The notes: generated by a model from the sequence alone, not told the origin. A stretch of DNA of 64,000 nucleotides from Escherichia coli (GCF_024502345.1 NZ_JALDNN010000001.1); one strand, 5' to 3'; shown: positions 39,031-49,581, numbered from the stretch's first letter. Numbers and translations are program-made.

Positions 39031-39766
39031 GGCTGTCCCTGTTCTATGGAGTGATAGAAACGGTCAATGCCAGTGAAAAATAAATAAGAAAAAATTACCC
39101 AGCCAGAACAACTTTCCGGTTCGCGTCATCCGACGTAAATAAAAATCCCGGAACCAAAAAAAGCGGGCGCATTCCATCCACCAGCATGTCGACACTGTAT
39201 TTTCTGGGTATTTGTCTGAAATGAAAAATTTCGGATAAGGCCCAATGGCTGGAGTTTGGGAACGTTCCCTGCCAGATCGAAAATGAAAAAATGTAACAAA
39301 GATTTACATTCCTGGCTTTTAACAAAAAAAATATCATCTTTCTGATTTATAAAAATTTTACACCATAACCCTTCAGGCCCCGCGGGATAAGGATGTACAG
39401 AAAATGATCAATTTGGCTTAGGGTGTATATTTGTACAAAATATCACCAGTCACGTGAAATATCTGATTTTGTACTTTTATCAGAAATTGAGAAGCTGGAC
39501 GTGACTGAGCATGTGAAAAACTGGCGACAGTTTCAGGTTTCCATCATTTCTTATTATTCACGTAAACCGGGCTTATTTATTTTTTTTCAGATTAAAGGAA
39601 TTGCAACGCCCGGACTTTACGCATATCTCATACCTGTACCAGCGATATGAATATCTCAGCCGCCGGTGCATTAGCGCGACCAGGAACAACACCCGTTCGG
39701 TTTACAGAAAGACAGACGTGGACAGTGATGAGCTTTGCTGCGGGTTGAGAACGGTTGTTTTACTGC

Positions 39767-40372
39767 TCAAGGTTGTAACACGATCCGATTCGACTCCAGC
39801 ATGACAGCCGACAGTGTATGAGCCGCAAAAACAGCCATACAGGCTGACAAGTCGCCATTCACAAGAAACTCAACCGGCGCAACGAGTTTCCCTCCATCCG
39901 AAAATCCGCAGGTCAGTGCCGACTTCCTTACCAGCAGTGCATTCGCATCGCTGTATTCCAGGGCCAGAAGCGTTTCATTGTCCCAGTCCCTGTCACTCAC
40001 CGCTGCATTGACCCAGCCCCGCGATTTAAGCTGTTCAATTGCGTACGTCAGCCGATACAAATCCGACTGCGCTGACACCGGTCCGGTGCACGAAGACCAC
40101 AGATATTCCAGACGACTGAATAAGCTGGCGGCAAGGCCTTTGTTACGCCCCAGCGTCAGCAATCCCTCAATATCAGATGCGATTGCACGTGGAAACCGTT
40201 TTTGCTTATACGCCACCGTTAACCAGCGCAGTATAAATGCATGCGTGCTGAGTGGCGACAATGCCTGACCATCCTGCTGAGCGGTACGTAAGGCGACAAG
40301 GGCGCACCAGGCGAAATGCGCAAGTGCTGTGACGGTTTGTTCCGGGGGTAAGGTATCGTGAGCTTTTTTCAT
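39767..40372 (-). CDS. hypothetical island protein (possibly DUF2913-like)
   Basis: ORF-track ORF in the co-oriented CP4-like module. The family name is from memory only. Confidence 0.5.
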   Translation of the reverse strand: MKKAHDTLPPEQTVTALAHFAWCALVALRTAQQDGQALSPLSTHAFILRWLTVAYKQKRFPRAIASDIEGLLTLGRNKGLAASLFSRLEYLWSSCTGPVSAQSDLYRLTYAIEQLKSRGWVNAAVSDRDWDNETLLALEYSDANALLVRKSALTCGFSDGGKLVAPVEFLVNGDLSACMAVFAAHTLSAVMLESNRIVLQP

Positions 40373-40448
40373 TCAGGGATTATATCGGCGCTGCAGACAC
40401 CGGGGAAGACCTGGATAACTCCCCCATTAATTAGAGAAGCTATTACTT

Positions 40449-41015
40449 TCACGGACAAATCATCCCCGTTCTGGCCGTTGCTATTGGCTCTGACATGGCC
40501 TTAACATGCACGGTAAGCTGGTTAAAGGGTGTTGCGAAGACTCCCTGAGCGACGCGGTTAATAATGATCTGCGTCATACTCGTTACACCGTCAGTGCAGG
40601 CGGTACCGGTCACCTTTTGCCATGCGTCGGCGATGATGGCGTTAAGCCCCGGAGGCGCACTGTCGGTCAGTTGCAGGTTTCGCCCTGTACCCAGCGTATC
40701 GAGATTGAGCAGCAGCACCATTTTGCACTCCGGTGCGCTGGCCGTCTCCCATATCCAGCGTAACAGCGTCGGGAGTGAACGATGTCGTGCCTGCTGACGC
40801 TGGCGCGAATATTCGCCGGTGCGCTGCCAGACTTCAGAGTGAAAACGCAGAATCAATGACCGGTATTCGCTCATGGCTTCACGATACGGTAGCGCCAGCG
40901 TAAAGCTGAATGCCGCCAGTCGCGGGTAATGGTCAACGGCCTGTTGCAGAAATGCACGCGTGCTGACGGCATCCGCGCTGACAGCATCAGACGCCCGTAT
41001 GTAAGAATGATTCAT
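40449..41015 (-). CDS. inovirus Gp2 / YfjJ-YagK family protein
   Basis: The pattern HYPRLAAFSFTLALPY... is shared with 42596-43201, 62146-62688 and 63213-63773. Confidence 0.6.
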   Translation of the reverse strand: MNHSYIRASDAVSADAVSTRAFLQQAVDHYPRLAAFSFTLALPYREAMSEYRSLILRFHSEVWQRTGEYSRQRQQARHRSLPTLLRWIWETASAPECKMVLLLNLDTLGTGRNLQLTDSAPPGLNAIIADAWQKVTGTACTDGVTSMTQIIINRVAQGVFATPFNQLTVHVKAMSEPIATARTGMICP

Positions 41016-41090
41016 AATGCAGACTCTCTTTAGGTTAAATCAGGGAGGACACCGCCTCTACGGCGGTATCTGGTTCATAAAGACGGGGAA

Positions 41091-41507
41091 CTATCTGGTA
41101 CTGCAGCAGTAGTTTCTCTGCCAGTGCGCTTCTTCGATGCTGTAGATACCAGTCAGACACCGGGGACAGTGCTTCACGCCCTGGTAATGGTCGCCGCACC
41201 ACACGCAGTACCAGGAGAGCACCATTACCGTCGCTTCCAGCCCGTTGATGAGACTGCGCAGCTTTCGGTGCCGGGCTTCGGTTTTCACTTCCGGGTCAAG
41301 GTGGGCGCAGGCCATCAGCACATGCCGGGCCACGCTCTGCTGGTCATGTTCAAACCACGGCGGCTCCCCGTATGTCCCCGCATGGAGCACCAGTCGACAG
41401 CCGCAGGACGCGCAGCTCCATATCTGCCCCGGCGCACTCACGGCCTCCCCGGCTGTCGCGAAGTGGCCTTCGCGGTCATTGGCCAGATAACATTTCAGCA
41501 TGCGCAT
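41091..41507 (-). CDS. zinc-ribbon protein (two CxxC pairs), paralogue of the upstream gene
   Basis: CASCGC...PPWFEH...CVWCG...CPRC. Confidence 0.6.
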   Translation of the reverse strand: MRMLKCYLANDREGHFATAGEAVSAPGQIWSCASCGCRLVLHAGTYGEPPWFEHDQQSVARHVLMACAHLDPEVKTEARHRKLRSLINGLEATVMVLSWYCVWCGDHYQGVKHCPRCLTGIYSIEEAHWQRNYCCSTR

Positions 41508-41944
41508 GCCGTCACTTCCTCTATCCGGTTGGTATCAGCACGCACATCACTGTGCTCGCCCGTCCGGCAGGTGAGGCAGTAGCGCTCACCGTGGTAATCA
41601 CTGCCGCAGCCGTGACAGTGCCAGTCTGCGTAGAAAACCAGGGGACGGGCTTCCGGTACATAAGACTGCAGTTGCCGGATATGGCGGGTCTCCCTCACCC
41701 CGGGCTTTACATACGGGCAGTGCTGTCGACCGTTCTCCGAAAGCTTTGCTGCATGATGTTCAAACCACGGACGTTCGGTGTCGTATTCAGGATGGTACTG
41801 CAGGGCACTGGCACACAGATGGCAGCTGTAGCGGTCATACGGCGCGGTCTGCGCGGTTATGGCTCCCGTGAGACGGCCGTTGCCGTCCAGAGCCATAAAC
41901 GATTTTGCATACATAGTGGTACTCTCCTTACCGCCAGACGACAC
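41495..41944 (-). CDS. zinc-ribbon protein (two CxxC pairs)
   Basis: CHLCAS...RPWFEH...CHGCG...CLTC. Overlaps the downstream paralogue by 13 nt. Confidence 0.6.
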   Translation of the reverse strand: MSSGGKESTTMYAKSFMALDGNGRLTGAITAQTAPYDRYSCHLCASALQYHPEYDTERPWFEHHAAKLSENGRQHCPYVKPGVRETRHIRQLQSYVPEARPLVFYADWHCHGCGSDYHGERYCLTCRTGEHSDVRADTNRIEEVTACAC

Positions 41945-42051
41945 GCAGGCGTCAGCCGTCCCGGTACGGGCAGCGTGGCAGGGTGAATGGCGGTTCAGTT
42001 ATGCGTTAGCGGGTCGGTACGGTTGGTGGTCGGCACCGGAATACAGAAAGG

Positions 42052-42186
42052 TTACGGTTGTGCAGGTGCGTCGGTGGGTCTGAAACAAACGGGACAGGGT
42101 CTGGCGCCACAGTACTGTCGCCGGCAACGGGGACACGTCCAGCGAACCGGGATGGCCTGTGGCTGAGTGCGGCGTCGTTTTTCCAT
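42052..42186 (-). CDS. small zinc-ribbon protein (44 aa), not in the ORF track
   Basis: Hand translation MEKRRRTQPQAIPVRWTCPRCRRQYCGARPCPVCFRPTDAPAQP after the RBS AGGGAGGA. A homologous ORF lies at 62804-62917. Confidence 0.55.
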   Translation of the reverse strand: MEKRRRTQPQAIPVRWTCPRCRRQYCGARPCPVCFRPTDAPAQP

Positions 42187-42203
42187 TCAGATATCCTCCC
42201 TGC

Positions 42204-42443
42204 TCAGACGCCACGGGAATCAGCAATACGCTGCTGCATCCAGGCTTCCACCTCGCTTCTGCGCCAGCGGGAGCTGCGCCCCAGCTTGATGGGTTTCGGA
42301 AACAACCCGTCGCCAATCAGTTTGTAAAACCATTTGTCGGTCATCCCGGTAAACGTGGTGATAAAGGTCATGTCGATAAGCGGGTCCTGAGCTGAAAGCA
42401 GTGTGTCAGGGCTGGCATTAATATTCGTATTCAACGTGGTCAT
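42204..42443 (-). CDS. alpA: AlpA-family phage/island regulatory protein (excisionase-like HTH)
   Basis: FITTFTGMTDKWFYKLIGDGLFPKPIKLGRSSRWRRSEVEAWM. Confidence 0.85.
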   Translation of the reverse strand: MTTLNTNINASPDTLLSAQDPLIDMTFITTFTGMTDKWFYKLIGDGLFPKPIKLGRSSRWRRSEVEAWMQQRIADSRGV

Positions 42444-42595
42444 GGTATTTTTCTCCCTCTGAGGATATGGCTATCGGGAGACGTCCGGTGGTGGTTGAAT
42501 CATGGGGTTACCGGTTCTCCTCAGAGGATAGGGGAACGTTGTAAAAAATTACCCGGCCCGCACAATCAGGCCTGATGAATCGAGATATGTCTGGC

Positions 42596-43201
42596 TCAGC
42601 CACGGCTGCAACCGAAGTTACGCTCACCGTCACCGGTGATTTTGGTCTCCAGCTTGGCTAAATAGGCCGCCTGCGACAGGGCCTGTTGCAGTTGAGCACC
42701 ATCGCCACGTGTCAACCATGAGACTGGACTCGCCGGGAAACGAGCCAGAACGGCATGCGCCTGTGCATCCACCTTCAGGGCGCTGCACCACGCTTGTTTA
42801 ATCATACCTGCAAGCGAATCCGGGTCTTTGTAATCTCCCGGTCCGCACCACGTATCGCGGTTCAGCAACAGCACCGCGTGGTAATGCTTCTTCCCTTTGA
42901 TTTCACCAAACTCCCGCGCCCAGATAAAACGCAGCGTGGTCGGCCAGACGCGTTTGCCCTCGCGACGTTGACGCGTCTGAAGGGCATCAATCCGGGCTTT
43001 CAGGGAATCGGTGAAGCGGGAGATAACAGCAGCATCGGTGGCCGCTGGCGTATCCGGCAGACGGAGGTCAACACGCAGGGCCAGTAAGCGGGTGTAAGCG
43101 TTAAGAGCGCAACTGAAGGTATCAGCGATGCGTTGCTGCCAGTAAGGGTCGTATGTGTAACTCATTAAAATGGACTCCGGTGGGTTATCGTTCATAACCA
43201 T
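42596..43201 (-). CDS. inovirus Gp2 / YfjJ-YagK family protein
   Basis: YTRLLALRVDLRLP...KKHYHAVLLL pattern. Confidence 0.6.
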   Translation of the reverse strand: MVMNDNPPESILMSYTYDPYWQQRIADTFSCALNAYTRLLALRVDLRLPDTPAATDAAVISRFTDSLKARIDALQTRQRREGKRVWPTTLRFIWAREFGEIKGKKHYHAVLLLNRDTWCGPGDYKDPDSLAGMIKQAWCSALKVDAQAHAVLARFPASPVSWLTRGDGAQLQQALSQAAYLAKLETKITGDGERNFGCSRG

Positions 43202-43336
43202 TACCGGTGCTGTTAAAAAAAACTTATTGCCTTCAGCGAGTCCGCCAGTCGATCCCTCAGAGACGGCTGGCTTCAGTAAAATATCGTGGCTGGCAGAATG
43301 ATTGCGTAAAGGGTAATCGCCTCTCAGAAATCGGTT

Positions 43337-43762
43337 CTAATGCCGGGTGACCCGAAGGCTGCGAAAAAACAGTCTTCCCGTTAGACGATGGCGGGTACGC
43401 TTGACATAAGCGGCGTCAACGAGTTCATCGGGTGGCAAATCACGGGTGATATTACAAATCGTCGCCAGTGCTGTATCGGAGAGTTTAAAACTCCGTGACA
43501 AGGCGTAGTAATCCCCGGTTTTTTGGTTACTGATGTTATCGAATAACGCTCTGAAGAAATCCGTCTGTGAAGGTCTGCGGGCGTTGATAATTGCCTCTGT
43601 CGCTTCATCCCTGAATGTTACCTCCACCTCTTCCATCCCCAGTGAGCGAATGATCCCGGCAATGTCAGGCCAGTAGCGAAGATCGAAACTGTTAAGTCGC
43701 TGCAATTCTGGCTTACAGAAGCAGCTGAAGATTGCGATGCCCTTGTATTGACCTGGACCCAA
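43337..43762 (-). CDS. hypothetical protein (start uncertain)
   Basis: ORF-track ORF only. Confidence 0.35.
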   Translation of the reverse strand: MGPGQYKGIAIFSCFCKPELQRLNSFDLRYWPDIAGIIRSLGMEEVEVTFRDEATEAIINARRPSQTDFFRALFDNISNQKTGDYYALSRSFKLSDTALATICNITRDLPPDELVDAAYVKRTRHRLTGRLFFRSLRVTRH

Positions 43763-45311
43763 AATAGGTTGTGGTTACCCTGAAAAGCAAATATTACCCC
43801 AGAGGGATGTATATACCCGGGGCAAGAGCCCCTGTACCAGTCCCTCATTGCTGTCATGATATTATTACCCCGTTCAATAAGCCCGATAAATAATCGTTAT
43901 CGGGACTACTGCTAAAACGCCCTGTAACGCATCAGGAGCGCCATATTCATACTAACCACAGATTTCCACTATCGTGTTATTCAATGCGCTTATGCAGGCT
44001 CACAGGAAGCTATGGCGGTATAAGACACTACAGCGCTCAATTACTTATTAAATAGCTTGCGGTGATTACCAGGATAATCACCCTATTCCACGTCACCTCA
44101 ATCGGGTTATTCTGTTTACGATACAATCATGACTATTATCACCAACACGGATAATGCCCCGTTTACAGTCGTTACCAATGGCCTTGTTTACACATATCAA
44201 AAAACTTTCAGGGATAACGGGTCACCGTAGTATCTGTAACTGACAGGTATTGTAAGCGTCAATATCAGGCAGACAGAGCAATACCGACAGGCTTACTACA
44301 GGTTAGTTCACTGACTGAGCATTTAACGCTCATCACTAATACGCAGACCAGTAATAAACCATTGATACTCACCTGCTGATTTTCAGGCATGACCATTCAC
44401 CCAAAACGTTACTGTTAACCAGTAACCACCCTGTCGTTATGATTATTAGATTACTGATGTTAATCATCTTCACTTTTATCCTGACGAGGACTAGTCAATG
44501 GTAATATCGACTCAATTCAATTCTGTTTTCTTAATGATAGATTTTTAATGAGTGCTAAACATTCAGGTTGTGACTACATTGAATGGTGTATTTCTTACCT
44601 GATGGCAATGATTGCTCAATGGATACCATCCAATAGTACTATCCCCTTAGTGAATACCTTCAGATAATAATACCTCCCAGGCATAACCCACTTACTGATA
44701 ACACATCATCGATTACTGTTACAAATGATAAGACCCCTTCTTTAATATATTAATACCAATCCAACACGCCAGGCATAACAATAGCTATGAAGATAACCAC
44801 GCCAGACAGCACTTACCTACAACAAACGCCTGCATCAGTTACTCTGGAATTATCTTTTTTCAATAACATGAAAATAGACACCACGTCATATCAAATAACC
44901 TCAATCAAATTAACCCCGTATCATCACTGCCCGCAGAAGCCCTCAATCCTGATTATGAGCAACAAAATGGAAATACCTCATGGCAGCCCGACCTGATACC
45001 AGAAATGCCCCCTGAAGCGAACCAGGCACCATGATGGGGATGAAAACGAAAGCATGCAGGAGAACAAGATAACCTATTGAGACGATACTCATCCAGTAAA
45101 CAGAGAAGCATCTGAGAGATAAACAAAGAAAATGACAACTTTAAAACCATGGTAAAACCTTGTCAAAACCAGTATAAATCAACAATAAAACCTCACGATG
45201 ACTACCAGATGTGTTTTTAAGTGACGATAAAACCATCATCGTGATACTGTGTAGCTACAACAATCACCACCATAACCACTACTATGTAGTTTACGATTAC
45301 AGGTATCCACA

Positions 45312-46280
45312 ATGGTTGTACATTACGACAATGGCAGACAACATCTTATAAAAACCCGTGACCTGAGAGTCTGTGCTTTTTATGCCGGGTGGCTGGGTGT
45401 TAATAAAATAATTAACACCCGTGACATTCCTCACCAGGATGCAGAAAGTTGTCGACAGGCACTCAACAAACTGATTAATCAGTTCATACCGAATGCAGAA
45501 CAGCGGGCAAGACTTTTTTCTGATATGGAAACAGCCCGTGATGAAAACATCCTTCCGCTGGAAAGTTTTGACTGGCTAGAACAGGATGAACGGGCAACAT
45601 TCTGGTTATGGGCGTATATTTGCAAGGCCGGAGACTACGAACTTGGTATTGACAAACCAGCAAATGCAGAGTTCGGAAAGAACTGGTATCAGCGAATGAA
45701 TCTGAGTGTATCTCCGACAAGCCACCAGGAAAGAATTAATATTATCATCTCTTTTTTCGACAACATTATTATTCCGACCCCACCGGTAAATCATCTCAAG
45801 CGCCAGGTCATGGACAGGCTGAAAGACCAGTGGAAAAATATTTACAGCAAACCAGCTCCGCTGAAATGGTTACCTAATGAAGAAGACGCGGTACTGTGGG
45901 CATGGAACAGCCTCAAATCGCTTCAGGAAGAAAGAAATGCGCCCACTATCGGGCTCTCATTAAATATTTCAACGCCAGGAATGAGTACCTGGTTTACCCC
46001 CCTGAGTCATTCTGAACGCAATTTAGCCCTGCGCACGGCGATCGACTTATGGGACGATGCACCGGATACAAAGCGTTTATTCCTTCTGAACCTGAATAAA
46101 GCCTGGAACCAGCAAAAATTACGTCAGTCCCGTACCGATAAAAAAGCACTCAATACGTACCTGAAGAACGAAACAAAAACTCGACTGGACTTTATGGCAG
46201 AACGTAGCGGAGTTCGCATCAGTGATATGCTGGAAATGCTGATTAATGACCATTACCGAAAAACCTGTGGTGGTGAGTGA
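45312..46280 (+). CDS. hypothetical protein (322 aa) with a possible C-terminal ribbon-helix-helix-like tail
   Basis: ORF-track ORF. The C-terminus TRLDFMAERSGVRISDMLEMLI resembles an RHH segment. Confidence 0.5.
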   Translation: MVVHYDNGRQHLIKTRDLRVCAFYAGWLGVNKIINTRDIPHQDAESCRQALNKLINQFIPNAEQRARLFSDMETARDENILPLESFDWLEQDERATFWLWAYICKAGDYELGIDKPANAEFGKNWYQRMNLSVSPTSHQERINIIISFFDNIIIPTPPVNHLKRQVMDRLKDQWKNIYSKPAPLKWLPNEEDAVLWAWNSLKSLQEERNAPTIGLSLNISTPGMSTWFTPLSHSERNLALRTAIDLWDDAPDTKRLFLLNLNKAWNQQKLRQSRTDKKALNTYLKNETKTRLDFMAERSGVRISDMLEMLINDHYRKTCGGE

Positions 46281-46629
46281 GGGCTTTGCGCTAAAAACAA
46301 GGTGAGCGGAGGCAGTAATACAGACCAGAAATGACATTCAAAATAATTTCAGACCTATATTACCGGTGTGAGAACGGCAGCAGAAGTGCTGCCGTTTTGT
46401 TATTTCACTCACGGAGGTTAATGTGTCCAGTAAGAACAAACGGGGTCCCGATACCCTGTTACCGTCGTTATTCCTTCTCCCGGGTCAACTGTCCCACAAA
46501 ATACCCGTGCGTATGCTTCTCGCGCTAAGTCACAGCTATGCTTTCTGTTCCGGTACCCAGGTCTCTCTGATACACGGTCCGCCAGCTCATGAAGGCGGCT
46601 ATTTATTGCCAGTAATAAGGGAGAAAGAA

Positions 46630-46926
46630 ATGCATTGTCCGAATTGCGGTTCGCAAAACATACGACTGCGCCATGTGGGTAAAAAGACGGGTGGGGTCAT
46701 TGGCGCAACAGCCGGAGGCATTGCCGGGCTTGAAGGAGCCTCCACCGGTGCGCTGATAGGTTCAGTCATTCCGGTTGTCGGTACGATAGCCGGAGGCCTC
46801 ATTGGTTTTCTGTCCGGCGCCTGTGCTGGTGCGGTGGCAGGCTCTCTGGCCGGAGAACAACTGGACGGTACCGTCTTTGATGAATACGGCTGCACGCAGT
46901 GCGAGCATATCTTCAGTGCACCGTAA
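46630..46926 (+). CDS. zinc-ribbon plus glycine-zipper membrane protein (98 aa)
   Basis: ORF 46423-46926 trimmed to the ATG after GGGAGA. Contains CPNCG...CTQC flanking a G/A-rich hydrophobic core. Confidence 0.55.
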   Translation: MHCPNCGSQNIRLRHVGKKTGGVIGATAGGIAGLEGASTGALIGSVIPVVGTIAGGLIGFLSGACAGAVAGSLAGEQLDGTVFDEYGCTQCEHIFSAP

Positions 46927-47105
46927 CGTTAATAAGGGTCAGCCCATCCTGCACAAAGCCTGAGCCGCTGACCGTACTCGCTACGGCACGACTGATGACA
47001 GGGCGTGTCAGCATGCTGTCGTCATTTCAGCTACCTGGCACTAACCCTTTGTTAATTCTCCTGTTTACTGAAAGATGAATTTTACTTTTTCTTTTCCGCC
47101 ATTAC

Positions 47106-47133
47106 GGGGGATGGACATAACGTGTCCCTCCCC
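47106..47133. promoter_or_regulatory. extended palindrome around GGACA-N5-TGTCC (candidate operator upstream of the second WYL regulator gene)
   Basis: GGGGATGGACATAACGTGTCCCTCCCC, with the core at 47113-47127. Confidence 0.4.
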
Positions 47134-47187
47134 GCCCGCATAATAACCGCATGAAATATCAACCTATTTATCGCACACGGAGCGTCC

Positions 47188-47916
47188 ATGCAACGACCCG
47201 ATGAAGAGGCCCGCTACGACCGGCTGGCCGTCAGATTGTCGGTCATTATCAGCCGGTTAATGGCCGGAGAAACGCTGACCCTTCAGACACTGTCCGGTGA
47301 GTTTGGTGTATCGATACGCACCCTGCGTCGTGACTTACATCAACGGCTGGTCCACCTCGACATTATCGGGGAGAACGGCACGTATCGGCTCAGTGAGAGC
47401 GCCACGCGTGATCACTCTCCGGGGGCCGTTTCCTTTGCCCGCAGTACCGGTATCGCACGCATTATCCCGTCGCAGAACCGGCAACTGATGCACCTGCTGA
47501 TGAATGAAACGGGCACCTCACCCTGCTTTATCTGGCACGACTTACCGCCAGCATGGACACAGGCTGACAGTTTTCATCGTCTGGCCGAAGCCATTTGTCA
47601 TCACCGGGTGGTCAGTCTGCTGGTCGGCGGTGTCCGTCACGATGAGCAGGAGCCTTACCGCCTGATTTACCGGCATCAGCACTGGTATCTGGTCGTCTGT
47701 TGCCGGGGGAGCCTTCGGGTGTTCCGGCTGGAAGACATTATCTCGGCCTCACTCTCAGAGCAAACCTTCCGTCGCCGGAGCGAAATCAGTTCGCTCATTA
47801 CTGAAGAGGGATTTATCAGCGCACTGCCCCACTTTCGCTTTATCAGTGATGTCATTCACACCTTCAGGGAACAACACCCTGAACATCCATCCAGACCCAA
47901 AGGAGTCAAATCGTGA
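47188..47916 (+). CDS. yfjR: HTH plus WYL-domain regulator, YfjR-like
   Basis: YDRLAVRLSVIISRLMAGETLTLQTLSGEFGVSIRTLRRDL. Resembles CP4-57 YfjR by recall. Confidence 0.7.
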   Translation: MQRPDEEARYDRLAVRLSVIISRLMAGETLTLQTLSGEFGVSIRTLRRDLHQRLVHLDIIGENGTYRLSESATRDHSPGAVSFARSTGIARIIPSQNRQLMHLLMNETGTSPCFIWHDLPPAWTQADSFHRLAEAICHHRVVSLLVGGVRHDEQEPYRLIYRHQHWYLVVCCRGSLRVFRLEDIISASLSEQTFRRRSEISSLITEEGFISALPHFRFISDVIHTFREQHPEHPSRPKGVKS

Positions 47917-48179
47917 AACCTGTCGAAGGCCCTCTGCTGCTCTTCACCCTGATGTTGTCTGCCGTAACCCTGAGCGGCTGTGGCGACAAAAATGAACGCG
48001 AGTTTATCCGGGGATGCAAATCAGGCGGCGGTACTACCGCCGTCTGCGGATGTATCCGGGATGACCTCAAAACGAAATATACGCACGGGGAGCTGGAGAA
48101 AATGAACCAGCAATACGGTTATGTCCCCCCGCGCTTCATGGACAACATGCTGAGCGCTGCTCAGCAGTGCAGAAAATAA
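47913..48179 (+). CDS. lipoprotein (YfjS-like)
   Basis: The GTG start overlaps the regulator stop (GTGA). Lipobox LSGC is present. Confidence 0.6.
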   Translation: MKPVEGPLLLFTLMLSAVTLSGCGDKNEREFIRGCKSGGGTTAVCGCIRDDLKTKYTHGELEKMNQQYGYVPPRFMDNMLSAAQQCRK

Positions 48180-48191
48180 GGAAATCTGAAC

Positions 48192-48503
48192 ATGGCGCTT
48201 GTCATTAAATATTTCGCGATTGCCTTCGCCATCGCGCTTGTGGTCGTGCTGTTTAACGTGTTCGGGAGTACCGGCGAGATACGCAGTTTTGGTCAGGGAA
48301 TGGAATATCTGTTCTGGATGACGCTTGGGCCCGGAGCCGGTATGACGGTCGGTGCTGCTCTTCGACAATGGCTGATGCCGGATGCGGTATACACCCGCGA
48401 AGGAATGACCGGATTACTCAAGGCCCGTCTGTTCTGGCTTGTGGGCCCACAGTATATCGGCTGGCTGGCCGGACTTATCGTCGTGGGTAAACAACTCATG
48501 TAA
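48192..48503 (+). CDS. small inner-membrane protein
   Basis: Two or three hydrophobic helices. Confidence 0.55.
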   Translation: MALVIKYFAIAFAIALVVVLFNVFGSTGEIRSFGQGMEYLFWMTLGPGAGMTVGAALRQWLMPDAVYTREGMTGLLKARLFWLVGPQYIGWLAGLIVVGKQLM

Positions 48504-48549
48504 CACGGCTGCCCCCCAACAACATTTTTGACTGAGAAGGAAAAATACC

Positions 48550-49020
48550 ATGCGATTCATGCACGCCATCCTGTCAGCAGGATTACTGACCTTTGCCATC
48601 ACGGCACAGGCGGTCCCCAATATGTGGAGCAGTGGCTTCGGTATGGGCGTCACCGAGTACATCATCACCAGCCCGGAAAACGTGATGATGAACCTGAACT
48701 GCACCGGCAACCCTGACGACCAGAATATCCTGCAGCATCACGTCATGCTCACCCTGCCTGACGGCAGCGGTGCCGATTCACAGGATGAGAAAACCGCCAT
48801 CACCGTCGTCACGGATGACCAGACGTTCCCCCTGCCGTCCTCTCTGGGCTGGCGTAACGGCGACAACGCCTGGCTGTCGTTCATTGATGCCATCAGAAAA
48901 GCAACGTCGTTTGAGATTTACGTCAACGACAAACAGGTGGGGCACTTTACCCCTTCGGCTGGAAACGTTCACAAGGTTCTGGCTGATATGCCCGAATGCA
49001 CGACACTGACCGCCGGGTAA
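48550..49020 (+). CDS. periplasmic protein (YfjT-like)
   Basis: Signal peptide MRFMHAILSAGLLTFAITAQA/VP. Confidence 0.6.
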   Translation: MRFMHAILSAGLLTFAITAQAVPNMWSSGFGMGVTEYIITSPENVMMNLNCTGNPDDQNILQHHVMLTLPDGSGADSQDEKTAITVVTDDQTFPLPSSLGWRNGDNAWLSFIDAIRKATSFEIYVNDKQVGHFTPSAGNVHKVLADMPECTTLTAG

Positions 49021-49068
49021 CCCGGCGCATCCCCGGTTTACAGCAAAATCAATCAAGGACAATACGAT

Positions 49069-49581
49069 ATGACCGACATTTCGACACTCAGCCAGCGACT
49101 GACGACGCCAACCCTGCATTTTGTTCTACTCACCGTCGCCACCTGCGGCATCTGGCCGTTACTGTGGCTGTACCGAAAACAGCAGATTATCAGCGACACC
49201 ACCGGATATCCGGTTTGCGGCAATCTGTTTATCATCTGGCTCGCCGTCTGTTTTGGGCTCGGACGACAGTTCGGCGTGATGGCCTCACCGGACCTGGCGG
49301 GCTACTACACGGGCAGCGATACACTGTTGGCCTTAAGCGGCATTCTGTCGCTCACCTGCGGCGTGATGTACATCGTCTGGGCCTTTAAGGCCAGAGCAGC
49401 ACTGCGACACTATGCGCTGAACACCTTCCGGTTTGACCTGAAGATGAATGCGTTTTATACCGTGGTGCTCAACGTCTTCTACATTACATACTGCATCAAC
49501 GATATGCCGCAGGCACTGGCGAAGCACCGCATTATTCATGGTCAGGCCCCTGTGCCGCCGGAGTCTCCGTCACCGCAGTAA
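49069..49581 (+). CDS. membrane protein
   Basis: Several TM helices and a Pro-rich tail. Confidence 0.55.
   Translation: MTDISTLSQRLTTPTLHFVLLTVATCGIWPLLWLYRKQQIISDTTGYPVCGNLFIIWLAVCFGLGRQFGVMASPDLAGYYTGSDTLLALSGILSLTCGVMYIVWAFKARAALRHYALNTFRFDLKMNAFYTVVLNVFYITYCINDMPQALAKHRIIHGQAPVPPESPSPQ

Noticed and set aside
41124-41986. Plus-strand ORFs of 152, 81 and 204 aa
   Set aside because: They are antisense to the two zinc-ribbon genes, Arg/Pro/Ala-rich and lack RBSs.
41999-42316. 105-aa minus-strand ORF overlapping alpA (and the analogous ORF at 62646-63026)
   Set aside because: It is an out-of-frame overlap with well-supported alpA. The small zinc-ribbon ORFs better explain coding in this region.
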